The position numbers and the translations under genes are program-made. The notes beneath the pieces are model-generated. The model did not search any database. It was not told the origin of the DNA and was given only the letters and a program-made list of their open reading frames with translations. A DNA stretch of 64,000 bases, taken from the NCBI RefSeq assembly GCF_009914755.1, contig NC_060927.1; one strand, 5' to 3'. How positions within the stretch are numbered: position 1 is the stretch's first letter; every line of letters begins with the position of its first letter. The DNA comes from the human T2T-CHM13v2.0 reference genome, Homo sapiens. This document shows, piece by piece, positions 26,101 to 39,223 of this stretch.

Positions 26101-26700
26101 CTGCTGTTGGTTGTAATAGATGTAGTTTATCCAATCTACATTTTTATTAACTGTCACCCGCCAAAATATTGACTCAAATCCTGCAGCTCTTTGATTTCAA
26201 GCTTTAAGTTGATCTAGTATTCCCCGTGGGACTCCAATTGTGTCTAAATAGACGTGAGAGTCAAAAGACCCATAAGGGGCTTCTCTCGCTTTATGATGTC
26301 TTATTTTTCCTCCCTCTGATTGATGAAATGCCAGGGTGAAAGGGATAGCCAATTGGACTAAAGTACAAGTGCCACTCCAGTTATTCAGCAGAGTGCCCAC
26401 CACAATACCACCACACATCCACTCGGGGATGAACAAGGGCTGACTGATTGATAAGCTCTGGAAAATTCTTAAGCTCACTGCATCCCTTCAGATCTCCAAG
26501 GAACACTAAGTTTCCTCCCTGTCGTGAGAGACACGATGTGAACTTAGTGTTGGGAGAGGGAAGCTGGATGGCCCTTGGGGGCTGACCTGCAGGGTGCCAG
26601 ACTTTGGAATATAGTGGAGAGAGCTTGGCATGACTTATTACTCCAGGCTGTAGAATCCTGGAAAAGAGCAACCATTCAGCCCACGCCTGGTCAACTGGAG
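26101..26700 (-). pseudogene. env: Second env remnant of HERV-I/HERVIP10 type (SU end and TM start)
   Basis: VWWYCGG, LLNNWSGTCTLVQLAIPFTL, APYGSFDSHVYLDTIGVPRGILDQLKA*NQRAAGFESIFWRVTVNKNVDWINYIYYNQQQ; upstream boundary is uncertain. Confidence 0.78.
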
Positions 26701-27255
26701 GACAACCTTAGTGGAAAGGGGAAAATCTGAGCCTCTGGCCTGGCATGTGCACAAGCATAACAATTGCTTTTGTTTAACGTGCTAATGGAATATTTGATCC
26801 ATTTCAACCACGCATTTGCATCTTGGTATCCTGTTTTAATTGCCAAAGTTTGTTTTAAGTCTTTAACTTCTATGATCCTCTAGTAAAATGAAAGTATGAT
26901 TATAGGAAATTACAAAAACTGGTTGGGGCACTCTATCCTTGCTCTTTAGTGGTCCACAGAACATTGGACCAACTATGGCATAAAAGCTCTACATTGGGGG
27001 GCAAGACTCCTGGTTGACACTGGAGTCTTTATTGAAATTTCCCAGGATTAAATGGTCCTAATTTACTAATGCCCAGTCTGAGGAGAGTCAGGAGGGACAG
27101 AGGTACTTTTCTGAAGTAGAGAGCTATCTTTGACTTGGCAAGTCCCCACAGGGTATAACAAGGCAAGCATTAAATGCAATAGTTTGAGGTGAAATTGACG
27201 TGGTTATGTTAATAACTAGATGGTCAGCAATAGAGCAAGGAAAGAAGAAAGAGTA

Positions 27256-27712
<457 letters not shown>

Positions 27713-29141
27713 TCAGTGCAGCACAAGGTCGGGTCCTTTCTAGGCTGGCTCTAGTTTCCTTTCTTTTCACCTTTTGATGAGAACGTGATCTTCAGGCTTG
27801 TGCTGGTTTACCAGAAATTCTAGGGGTGATACATGTGCTAAAAGACTTTTAGTTTTGAGGGAAAGGAAAGTGGAAGATAAACCAAGTATGTAATTTTTAA
27901 GAAATTGACCTTTTGTTTTAAATGTGGGGACATTAGCAGTGGACTTTATAGTCCTTGGTGCCTTTCTACTGAGAAATTTCCTTTAGCACCTCTTTTTATT
28001 AGTTTCTTAGACCAAAGAAGCCAAACACCATTTTATATTTGACAATTCTTCTTGTATGATTTTTATACCAGATAAGCTAAATTTCACCTTTATATGAGTG
28101 TGCTATTAATGTTAAACTTAGTTTTAATAAAACTTTATAGACATGTTTATTCAATTTTTAATGTCAGACCATAAGGTAAGATTTTTATAGACTCTTTTTA
28201 ACCTTTTATAATTTCTGTTAAAGAGCAGGTTAGTGCTTTAAGAAAAACCCATTGTGTTTTTACTTTAATGTCCAGTTCACAGAAAAACTGGATGATACCC
28301 CTTTAACTTTAGCTAATATGTTTACACACAGAATTTCCTTTATGATTAATGTTTTAAAACTTGCTTAAACTTTCAAAACAATATATTTTTTAACCTTTTA
28401 ATGTAGGTAAAAATTTACATTCTTATGCCTCCTTATAATCCTTTTACCAAAGGTACATTTTAGTTTCCTTATACACCTTGCACATAAACTGTTTCTTCAA
28501 TAGTACTCAGGAGGCCTTATTACTTTTAAACTATACAACATTTCTTGCATAAAATTTTTTTGTAACTTTTTTTTTCTTTCACAACTTTCGCAGACAATTC
28601 TTCGACATGCCTTAACTTTCTGACTTTCTGACTTTCTGACAAACATTTTTTTCTTTAAACAACCAGTTGATTTATCTCAGTACAAGAATTTACCATATAA
28701 CATTCTTTTTACATAAATTTTGCCCCCCGTTTTTTCCCTCTTTTTTTTTTTTTGGAGATGATAACCATTCTTTCCAAAGTGAACTTTCTTTGTGTCTGTG
28801 GACTAGACTGTCCAAGGTCACAAGATTAGAAGTTACTATAATACCTGTTACCCTGTTAACTTTTAGCAAACTTTACTTTTGTTGAAAACCTTGTAAGTTT
28901 GGGATTTTAATTATCCTTTGCTATTAATAAGAACTTGTTTAGTCTAAATTAACTTAGAATTGGTATAGATGGCTTTTTTTTTTAATTCAATTACCCGGGA
29001 GGAACCATCTATTGTCCTGTCCTGAAGGGAGTTCCTCCTAAGTCTGATGGGACCTTTGTATAGTAATTAAGATTTAGATCCCCTGTTAGGAAACCTGCTG
29101 GGTTATGGGAATTTTCAGTGGTTAACGTTAAAGTTAAATCA

Positions 29142-29143
<2 letters not shown>

Positions 29144-29191
<48 letters not shown>
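29144..29191. repeat. Poly(T) tract, 48 nt
   Basis: Uninterrupted T run inside the provirus. Confidence 0.95.
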
Positions 29192-29195
<4 letters not shown>

Positions 29196-29534
29196 AGGAT
29201 ACTTCTGAACTGGTGAGGTGTGCTCACAATGAGGTTTCCTCTAAAAGTTATTTTTCTAATTTCTTCTGTTAGCAAAGCAGTTGCCGCTACAGATTGAATG
29301 AATTTGGGCCATCCGCAGTTACTGGGTTAAGGATTTTTGATAGGAAGCCTACAGGTTGTCAGTGGCCTCAGTGCTTTTGGGCTATGCCCTTGTTTACCCT
29401 TACAACAAGGTGGTATTGGAGTGTTGTAGGGTCTAGGAGAAGACCTTCAATTATCGATTATAGGTTTTACATTTACCCTGACTTTTAAAGGAATGGGGTA
29501 CACTATTTTTGTTTTCTTAACTACTTGTGCATTC

Positions 29535-29735
29535 ATCTCTTTCTCTCTTTCTTTCTCTCCTTGACTTTCTATCTCTCTCTTTGACTTTCCTTTTGCCTCT
29601 GTCTCTGCCTCTCTCTCTGCCTCTCTCTTTCTCTTTCTCTCGACTCCCTCTTTGTCTCTCTGTCTCTTTCTCTCTGTCTTTTCCTCTCTCTCTTTACCTC
29701 TTTTTCTCTCTGTCTCTTTCCTCTCTCTCTGTCTG
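29535..29735. repeat. CT-rich low-complexity tract within the provirus
   Basis: ~200 bp almost entirely C/T on the + strand. Confidence 0.9.
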
Positions 29736-29763
29736 CTGGTCTTTCCTTGCTTCTGCCAGCCGC

Positions 29764-30074
29764 TTATGCTGCTGTTCTCTCAACCACTGTGGTGAGGAGG
29801 GGCGGGTCTAAAACCAGCCCTAACCAAGTGTCTATGTACGGGCACTGGTCTGGGTACCCTGGCTTACATGATACCTTGTGCCATACTTTTGAAACAAGGG
29901 ACCTGCCCAGGCTTCCTTCTGATGGCCAACCCACTTCTAATGCTGGCCAGTCTATCTTACACAAAGTTTTAAGCTTTCTTGGTGTCATAGTACTCTATAG
30001 TCTCCCGTAAATCCTTTCTTGCAATTTTTCAACATAGTTCCTGGTGGGGTGGGCTTACTTTATGCCTGACCCAT
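29764..30074 (-). pseudogene. gag: HERV-E-type gag remnant (matrix domain only)
   Basis: ATG at 30074 gives MGQA*SKPTPPGTMLKNCKKGF, then a frameshift into MTPRKLKTLCKIDWPALEVGWPSEGSL...DQCPYIDTWLGLVLDPP (gammaretroviral MA). Confidence 0.87.
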
Positions 30075-30598
30075 GCTTCCTCAAGACAAAACACCATGCT
30101 CACACCACATGCACACCACAAAACAAAGAATGGGTAAAAAGGGCACACACACACTTTTATAGTTTACACCAAACCAGAATCAAAACCAAAATCATAGTAT
30201 CAATAAATCCAAGCCAGGTCAAAACCAAAACCAAAGTATCAAGCAATCCAAATCAAGTCAAAAACAAAAACCGAAGTGCCGGTACAGGCATGTTGTGGGT
30301 GATCAGGCCACACTTCCACTCAAATGGAGTGGGCAAGTTCCAAAGACCAGTCTTACCGAGTTTCAGATGTGTGGACTCCAAGTGCCCGTTCCTTTCCGGT
30401 GTTCAGCCACTACATTGATCCTCCATGGGGGCCTGCTGTGCACCGCTCTGATGAGGTGTTCTACCAGGGCAAATGCCTACCCAGGAGTGCTCTCAGGATC
30501 CGGGTTGCTCAAGCTGGCCTGAGTCCCCCAGAGGGATGCTCCACAGGGCAGGCCTAAGCTTGTAAGGGGCTGCCTGGACCGTCCGTTAATCACCTCAC

Positions 30599-30616
30599 TT
30601 CCCTGTCAGGGAACCA
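30599..30616 (-). other. Primer-binding site for tRNA-Glu
   Basis: TGGTTCCCTGACAGGGAA on the minus strand, 5 nt after the 5' LTR; one mismatch to the complement of the tRNA-Glu 3' end (TGGTTCCCTGACCGGGAA, from recall). Confidence 0.88.
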
Positions 30617-30621
30617 AGAAA

Positions 30622-31081
30622 TGTAGCAGGACAAGCCACAGACAAAACCCCTCAGACACTGAGTTAAAGAAGAAAGGGCTTTATTCGGTCGGGTGCTTCA
30701 GGAAGACTCATGTCTCCAAAAACCAAGCTCCCTGAGTGAGCAATTCCTGTACCTTTTAAGGGCTTACAACTCTAAGGGGGTCCATGTGAGAGGGTTGTGA
30801 TCGATTGAGCAAGCAGGGGGTACGTGACCGGGGGCTGCATGAACCAATAATCAGAACGGAACAGAACAGGACAGGGATTTTCACAGTGCTTTTCCATACA
30901 ATGCCTGGAATCTATAGATAACATAACCAGTTAGGTCAGGGGTCGATCTTCAACCAGGCCTAGGCCACAGCACCAGGCTGTCTGCCTGTGAATTTCATTT
31001 CTGCCTTTTAGTTTTTACTTCTTCTTTCTTTGGAGGCAGAAATTGGGCATAAGACAAGATGAGGGGTAATCTCCTCCCTTA
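30622..31081 (-). mobile_element. 5' LTR (LTR2 family), 460 bp
   Basis: Direct repeat of 22889-23335; adjacent to the PBS; AATAAA at 30680-30685 (-). Confidence 0.92.
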
Positions 31082-32786
31082 TTCATACTGTTGGGTACAT
31101 AAATTAACTACAATTAGTCTGGCACTATAATCTATTTTGAGGATGAAATAGGGCAACAGATTCCATTCTCTTGTCCTCAAAGCTATTACATATTACAGTT
31201 TGTTGTTTTTAGCAGTGACTCAGATTGTTCACTCTTTTTTTATTCTTTTGGTCATTTTAATCAGACAAGCAATGACTGGGGAGACTCCTGTACATTAGTT
31301 ACTAGGTTGAGAAAATTATATCTAGAGTCTTAGTGCAGTGCTTGGAATATATTGAATATTTAAAAAATGTAAGCTATTGTTTATATTACTTCATTTTACC
31401 AAGGTTCTCATTTCATATTTGATAATATTTCAGTCCTGGATGAGGCTATTTTTAAAAATTCAATTTATGATTATGGATATTATAAGATCTTTTTGTTGTT
31501 GTTTTTCCAACTCCATTTTTTCTTTCTTCTTTGTTTTGTTTTTCTGTTACTAAAACTCACCTTTTCTCACCACTTTGGCTGTTTTGTCTTTTAGATTCTG
31601 GGTCTACTCACCATATCATTCATCCATTCATTAATTTTCTGTATTATTTTTTCCATTGATCATGGTTCTGTTCAGCTGGCAAGCATCAAGTAGTTTCACA
31701 TTGGTCAGTGACCCTTCATTCACTTTCTCTCCTCCTTCTTGGTCTTCTCAGTTTCCAGAAGTCTTCTTCACCTTTGCATAAAGTGAACAACTTGCATCAT
31801 ATCTTTAACCAGATCCAAATAATTTCATCCTTCTGATGACTTCCTCCAATTCAGATGTCCACAGTATAATGTATATTGATGAAAACCCACTTTAATATCT
31901 GCAGTGTCTTTGGTGCCTTCAGAGGGCTTTAGAGCCAGAAGACATCATAGTGACCAACTCCATACCATCATTTTGCAAAAAGAAGACAGTAAATGAGACT
32001 GACTTATACGAGGTGACTTATACAAACACTATGCAGTGTGTATAAATTTTTGAAATTTGCTGATATATTTTAAATACTCAAAGGCCAATTTTCATAGTAC
32101 AATCAAATCTCCCTCCACAAGCCTGGGAAATCTACCAAGGTTATAAGAAATTTCAGAAAGAAGGTCTTTCTGTACCAACTTAAATAGCTTTCTTGTTAAG
32201 AGTGGTTGGCATTATGCTTGGCAAGGAACCAAAATTAATGGTATAGCTTTAAAGACTTCATGTTTCAGTTACACAAAAACTGTGTTTCTCCTTTGTGCTT
32301 AAGTGGAGCATACCTGGTACTCTCTCTCATTACACAAAGACAACTGACAGAAATGTATTGCATACAAAAGCAAGGGCTAGAGATTCACAAAACTCTTTGG
32401 GTGGCTAGAATTTAAAATAATGTCAGGAATAAACAATATGTTTGTTAAAGTTATCACAAAACTGTATGCTTGCAAAGATTATACATATATGTAGAAATTC
32501 CACACATATGCCCCAACATGCGCGCATTCACCACACAGTCACATATACAGGACCAAAGAAATATATCTTTCCGATGCAAATGTCTCATCATTGTTTGTCT
32601 CATTTTGCACTGTGTGATTTTAAATAAATCACACTTCATCTGTCTCTGTCTTTTATACTCTTTTTCCAAAGATAATTATATATTTACTTATTCTTTATTT
32701 CATTAAAGTTACAATTTTAACTGGATGGGTAGTCTCATTCTAAATACTTTCAAGGTAAATGTTTTGGCACAAAAATGATTGATATG

Positions 32787-33111
<325 letters not shown>

Positions 33112-33829
33112 TTACAATTATTTGTAGTTACCATATGATTCCTAATACTCCACTTACAATTAATTGCGGTCTCAAAATGATTTTCAAGCAGATATGATTT
33201 TAAATAAGTTTTTAAACAACAACCCACTCAGCACATTTTCATAGCAAGCACCTCTAAACAAATTTATAAATGTTTCAATCTTTTCTAAAGTCATTTAAAT
33301 GACTTCATGACAAATGCAAATTTTCCTCCTTGTTTTTTGGAAAGTACCAGTCAGAGGTAGATTTGAGTGACATCTCTTTTAAAAGAGAACAAAGAGACCA
33401 ACAACTCAAATAATCTAAAACCTTCACTTGTTATTGTCACAAAGACTGCTTGAGCTTTAAAAAAGTAAAGAACCATTAATGATACAATATAAATAATTGT
33501 GTGGGCTCTGAGATGATTAGTTAGGGAGGTGGCAGAATTATCCTGTCAAAAATAAAGTATTTTTAAATATCTAAAAAGGAACTGTATAACATCAATCCTA
33601 AGCATGAAAACCCTGACATCCAATGCTACTATGCCCAGAATAATAATAATTAAAAATAGGATTCTATATTTTCAACAAAAATGCTCATAAAGAAAATATT
33701 GAAGTTGTTCTCTATGTCTCTTAATCCTCAGTTCTCTATAAAATGCCATCCTAGCAGTTAAGCTGTGTCAAAATTGAAATGGCACATCTTACAGTCATCA
33801 TTATTGTCATTAATATAATAGATTATATT

Positions 33830-34045
33830 ATTGATCACTTATTGGATGTTAGTACTTGTTTTGAACTTTTTACATTTTTGATCCTTTCTTTCTCACAGCA
33901 ACCCTATGGAATAGTTACCATTATTATGCTCAATATACATATGTGAGAAGTATAATTTGGCATAATTTGGAGAATATAAGTGACTTGGTCAAAGTCACTC
34001 AGCTAGTATGAGGCAGAAGTAGAATTTGAATACAAGTCAGTCTCC
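33830..34045 (-). mobile_element. MIR SINE
   Basis: tctcacagcaaccctatgg...aagtgacttggtcaaagtcactcagctagtatgaggcagaagtagaatttgaatacaagtcagtct. Confidence 0.75.
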
Positions 34046-34097
34046 ACTGTCTTCAAAAATATCTCTAAGATAGGTTTTTCTTTTTAATTTTGTTCCT

Positions 34098-34404
34098 CTT
34101 TTTCTTTTCTTTCTTTCTTTCTTTCTTTTTTTTTTTTTTTTTTTTTTTTGAGACAGGGTCTCTCTCTTTGTCCCAGGCTGGAGAGCAGTGGCACGATTAT
34201 GGCTCACTGCAGTCTCAACCTCCCAGGCTCATGCATTCCTCCCACTTTAGCCTCCTGAGGAGCTGGAACAACAGGAGTGTGCCACCATGTCCATCTAATT
34301 AAAAAAATTTTTTTTTGGAGAAACTAAGTCTCACTATATTGCCCCAGGGAAGACTCAAACTCCTGGGTTCAAATAATCCTCTCATCTCAGTCTCCCAAAG
34401 TGTT
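34098..34404 (-). mobile_element. AluJ-like SINE, 5'-truncated, with long T/TTTC tail
   Basis: tgagacagggtctc...ggctcactgcagtctcaacctcccaggctca...gtctcactatattgccc...ctcccaaagtg. Confidence 0.9.
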
Positions 34405-34469
34405 TGTCCTATTTTACTGTATAATGTTTGAAAACAGACAATTCCGTGGTTACATTTAAACATACATTT

Positions 34470-34720
34470 TCTTAATAAGTCTGAGTTTTCCTTAGGAAAT
34501 GTTGCAAGAAACAGTATTACTTGTTCAAATAACTTAACTTTTTAAAAAGTTTTTGATAAATATTGCCAAACTGCTTTCAGAAATTTATATTAATACCACA
34601 GCATGTGAGAGTATTCTTTTTACTTCTACCTAGCACATAAGTATTATTTTAAATTTTGTTTATTTGATAGGCAGATACATTTTTATTTTCTTGTTGCTTA
34701 TTCATTTTTAATAGAGCATT
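34470..34720 (-). mobile_element. Old L1 (L1ME-like) fragment
   Basis: ttttgataaatattgccaaactgctttcagaaa...accacagcatgtgagagt. Confidence 0.5.
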
Positions 34721-35929
34721 TTATATAAAAACAAAAAATAAAAACATTAACCTTAGACTGTTGGCAGTTAAAAAATACCTCTCGACACACATTACTATCT
34801 TACCAGTATTTATCAGTTACTTCAACATTCAATGAGCTCTTTCTATTTACTAGAAATTCTATAAAGCTCTAAAGTTTAATACAAATTAGGTCCACTTTAG
34901 TCCTTGAGGAGCCTTGGGAAGAAGCAATATGAGAGCAGTAACGAGGAGTGAAAAGGTGCACTTGAGCCCCAAAAAGCTTGTCATTCTGGCCTGTGTAGTC
35001 CAGGAAAACTTCATGGAAGCATGGAAGAGGTGACATTTTCACTCTATCTTGAAGGATAAAGAGAAATTTGCAAAGTAGATTATAGGACTATCTTAGGGAA
35101 GGCATAGAGTGTAACCAAACTGAGGACTCAAGGAAACAAAAGTCAGATTCAAGGAATGGTAGGATATTAAATTTTAACTGAACATCAAATGAATGTTCTC
35201 AGAATTACAAGGGATGGAGCATGAAATAATTTTTAACAAGCATTGAAGAGACTTTTTGTGTGTTAGAATGAGTGTCAATACATAGAATCATTATTTAATT
35301 GCAATAAACTATTTCACACTCGATCAAGCCATGTAAAAATTATGTTCAAAATTACAATTTCAAGATCTGGTTATTTATGTTAATGACTCTAATTTTGCAG
35401 CAAAGTATTTCAAAATATTCTAATGATGATAATTGGTACCTTTATAACATGATTGAAAATCTTCTGCTTACTAGCCACATTTGTCTCCTCCAATTGTATA
35501 TCTCACAACTTCTCAAAATGCCCAACTGTTGATCCAGAAAGAACATCACCTTATTGTCTGTAACAAACACTATTCTGGCTTTGATCTCAGCCATTTTACT
35601 AATTTTGTTCTCACATGAGATGTCTTCACTCCACTCCTCTCTCCACTCCTCATATTTAACTAATCCATGAAGGCCAAGCTTAAATGCTTACACTTATAGA
35701 AGTCTTCCAGCCCTTATTGGAAGAAATTCTAAATTTCTACAGCACTGATATTTGCCGTATCCCAAATTTTGCATGTTATACATTTACATTTTTTTTTTCT
35801 TTTCTGATTTCACAGTTTGTAAAATTAAGCTTTTGGGGAATTGTGCATTATTTTCTACTTTACAGACAAAGAAAATTAGACTGCAAAACTGCCTAAAGAT
35901 CATACTAATGATTATTTTGTGCATTTATT

Positions 35930-36866
35930 TATTTATTCATTTTTCAAGTAGGTATTGTATGCCTAGCACATGCAAGGCACTTGTCATGAACAAGTGAAAA
36001 TGGCTCATGTTCTTCAGAGGAGTTTAGGATCTAACAGGGGAGCTAGATATCTAAACACATTTTTGAATTACTTATATGATATAGAAGTGGCACAATGAAG
36101 GAAATAATCAACTTAACCAATGTGGTTGGATATGAGTGTGTGAAATACAATGAACATTTCCTAGAAGGGAAGAATATATACAAGTTTGTGAGGAATGGAG
36201 TTTTTAACAGACCAATAAAGGAGATATATATTTCTAGATGAAGAAATAGCATATCCTAATGAGCAGAGGAAGACATTTCAGGGAAAGTAAGATTCTGTGC
36301 ATTATGGGGTTAGGAATGGGAATAACACAAGGTGAAACTAATAAGTTAGAAAAGAGCCTTTATAACTTGAAGTGGAATTGGGTTTGTCCTGAAGTTGAGG
36401 GGATATTCTTAAAGCAATTCATCAGTATGTTGCCAGGATCACATTTATGTATTCAAAATATTACCCTTGTAGAATGGTAGAAAATGGATTGAGGATAGTA
36501 TAAATAAAAAACAAGGGGGAAAAATTAAGAACCCATTTTAGTAGTCCAGGTAAGAAATGTTAAGGGCCCTAATGTTGGTTGGAGAAAGAGGGAAATATAT
36601 ATTTTGTAAAAGTATTTTTTTCGGATAAAATAGACAAGATTTTGTGACTAACTGGATATATCAAGTGAAGGGAGAGAGGAACCAAAGAGGATAACTAGAT
36701 TTTACTGCTTAGATAATTAGATGGTGAATTAGCCAAGACAAGTTGGGTAGGACAAGAAGCTTTTTAAGTGGGATGTTGGATGCCAAATTCAGTTGTATAA
36801 TTGCTGATTAGAGGCTATTTTTGGCCCAGGAAGTGGTCACATAAGTAACCTATTCAATATATCTGT
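35930..36866 (-). mobile_element. L2 LINE, continuing after the MSTA insertion at ~39229-39350
   Basis: ttattcattt...gtatgcctagcacatgc; ccaggatcacatttatgtatt; gtagtccaggtaagaaatg; agacaagattttgtgactaactggat; resumes with agatctgggctgaaaatatagatttggaagtca. Confidence 0.7.
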
Positions 36867-39223
36867 TGCATTAGTCCATTTTCACACTGCGATAAAGATA
36901 TTACCTAAGTCTGTCTAATTTATGAAGAAAAGAGGTTTAATTGACTCACAGTTCTGTATGGCTAGGGAGGCCTCAGGAAACTTACAATCATCATGGAAAG
37001 CAAGGGGGAAACAGGCACCTTCTTACATGGTGGCAGGAGAGAGAGAAAGAGAGAGCAAGCAAAGGGGAAGTGCCACACTTTAAAACCATCAGATTTCACG
37101 AGAACTCACTGTCATGAGAATAGCATGGGGGAATCTGCCCCCATGATCTAGTCACCTCCCACGAGGTCCTTTCCTTGACATGTGGGGTACAATTCGAGAT
37201 AAGATTTTGATGGGACACAGAGACAACCATATTATTCTGCCCCTGCCCCTCTCAAATCTCATGTCCTTTTTACATTTCAAAACCAATTATGCCTTCCCAA
37301 CAGACTTTCAAAGTCTTAACTCATTCCAGCATTAACTCAAAAGTCCAAGTCCAAAATCTCATTTGAGTCAAGGCAAGTCCTTTCTGCCTATGAGCCTGTA
37401 AAATCAAAAACTTTGGAAGTTAGTTACTTCCAAAACACAATGTGGGTACAGGCAGTGAGTAAATGCTCCCATTCCAAATGGGAGAAATTGGCCAAAACAA
37501 AGGGGCCACAGGGCCCATGCAGGTCCAAAACCCAGCAGGGTACTCATTAAGTCTTAAAGCTCGAAAGTAATGTCCTTTGACACCATGTCTCACAACTAGT
37601 GCACGCTGATGCAAGGGGCGGGCTCCCATGGCCTTGGGCAGCTCCACCCCTGAGGCTCTGGAAGGTAAAGCCCCTGAAGCTGCTTTCACAGACTGGCATT
37701 GAGTGCCTGCAGCTTTTCTAGGTGCACAGTGTAAGCCGTCAGTGGAGTTACCATTCTGGGGTCTGGAGGATTGTGGCCCTTTTCTCATAGCTCCACTGGG
37801 AAATGCTCTAGTGGGGACTCTGTGTGGGGGCTCCAACCCACATTTTCCTTCCACACAGCCCTAGTAGAGGTTCACCATGAGGGCTCCACCCTATCAGCAG
37901 ACTTCTGCCTGGACGTCCAGGTGTTCCCATACATCCTTTGAAATCTAGGTGAATGTTCCCAAAGCTCAACTCTTGTCTTCCGTGCACTTGCAGGCCCAAC
38001 ACCACATGGAAACCACCAAGGCTTGGGGCTTGTACCCTCTGAAGCAAAGGCCTGAGCTGTGCCTTGGCCCCTTTTAGTCATGGCTGCAGGTGGAGCATCT
38101 GGGAGCTGGGATGCAGGGCACCAAGTCCTGAGGGTGCACAGAGAATCTGGGCCCTGGGCCTGGCCCACAGAACCGTTTTTCCTTCCTAGGCTTCTGGATC
38201 TGTGATAGGAAGGGCTGCCACGAAGATCTCTGACATGCCTTGGAGACATTTTCCCCATTGTCTTGGTTATAAACATTTGGCTTCTCATTACTTATGCAAA
38301 TTTTTGCAGCTGGCTTAAATTTCTCCCCAAGGAATGGGTTTTTCTTTTCTACCACATAGTCAGGTGGCAAATTTTCCAAACTTTTATACTCTGCTTCCCC
38401 TTTAAACATAAGTTCTGATTTCAAACCATCTTTTTGTGAGTTCATATAACTGAATGCTTTCACAAAAACCAGGTCACCTGGCATTGCTGCTTAGATATTT
38501 CTTCTGCCAGATAGTCTAAATTATCTCTCTCAAGGTCAAAGTCCACAGATCCCTAGGGCAGGGGCAAAATGCAGCCAGCCACTTTGCTAAAGCATAGCAA
38601 AAATGACCTTTGCTTCAGTTCCTAGTAAGTTCCTCATCTCCATCTGAGCCCATCTCAGCCTAGACTTCATTGTCCATATCACTATGAGTATTTTGGTCAA
38701 AACTATTCAACAAGTCTCGAGGAAGTTCCAAACTTTCCCACATCTGCCTATCATCTTCTGAGCCCTCCAAACCTGTCCAACCTCTGTTCCAGCCCCTTAC
38801 TGTTACCCAGTTCCAAAGTCACTTCCACATTTTCAGGTTATCTTTATAGCAGTACTCCCAGTATCCTGGTACAAATTGTCTGTATTATTCTATTTTCACA
38901 CTACTATAGAGATACTACCTGAATTTATGAAGAAAAGAGTTCTAATTGACTCATGGTTCTACATGGCTGGGTAGGCCTCAGGAAACTTACAATCATGGCA
39001 GAAGGTGAAGGGGAAGCAGGCAGGAGAAAAAGAGGGTAAGTAAATGGGAAATGCAGCACTTTAAAACCATCAGACCTCATGAGAACTCACTCACTGTCTT
39101 AAGAACAGCATGGAGAAAACCACCCCTGTGATCCATTCACCTCCCACCAGGTCCTTCCATGGACACCCTGGGGATTACAATGCGAGATGAAATTTGGGTG
39201 GGACACAGAGCCAAACCATATCA
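36867..39223 (-). mobile_element. Full-length MSTA-type MaLR element (LTR 36867-37234, internal 37235-38880, LTR 38881-39223)
   Basis: Two direct MST/THE1-like LTRs around a ~1.65-kb MaLR internal sequence; 5-bp TSD tctgt/cctgt; overlapping ORFs 37420-38484 are broken internal-ORF remnants. Confidence 0.92.

Noticed and set aside
29009-29275. Poly-lysine ORF (88 aa)
   Set aside because: Artefact of translating the T48 run; not a gene.
30160-30275. Repeated aaaaccaaaa...tatcaa..aatccaa units
   Set aside because: Lies in the proviral leader and appears intrinsic to HERV-E/Harlequin leaders, so not locus-specific.
30599-30616. tRNA-like sequence
   Set aside because: Only the 18-nt retroviral PBS; no tRNA cloverleaf or A/B boxes.
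37420-38484. Cluster of 79-144 aa ORFs
   Set aside because: Frameshifted MaLR (MSTA-int) internal sequence, not host CDS.
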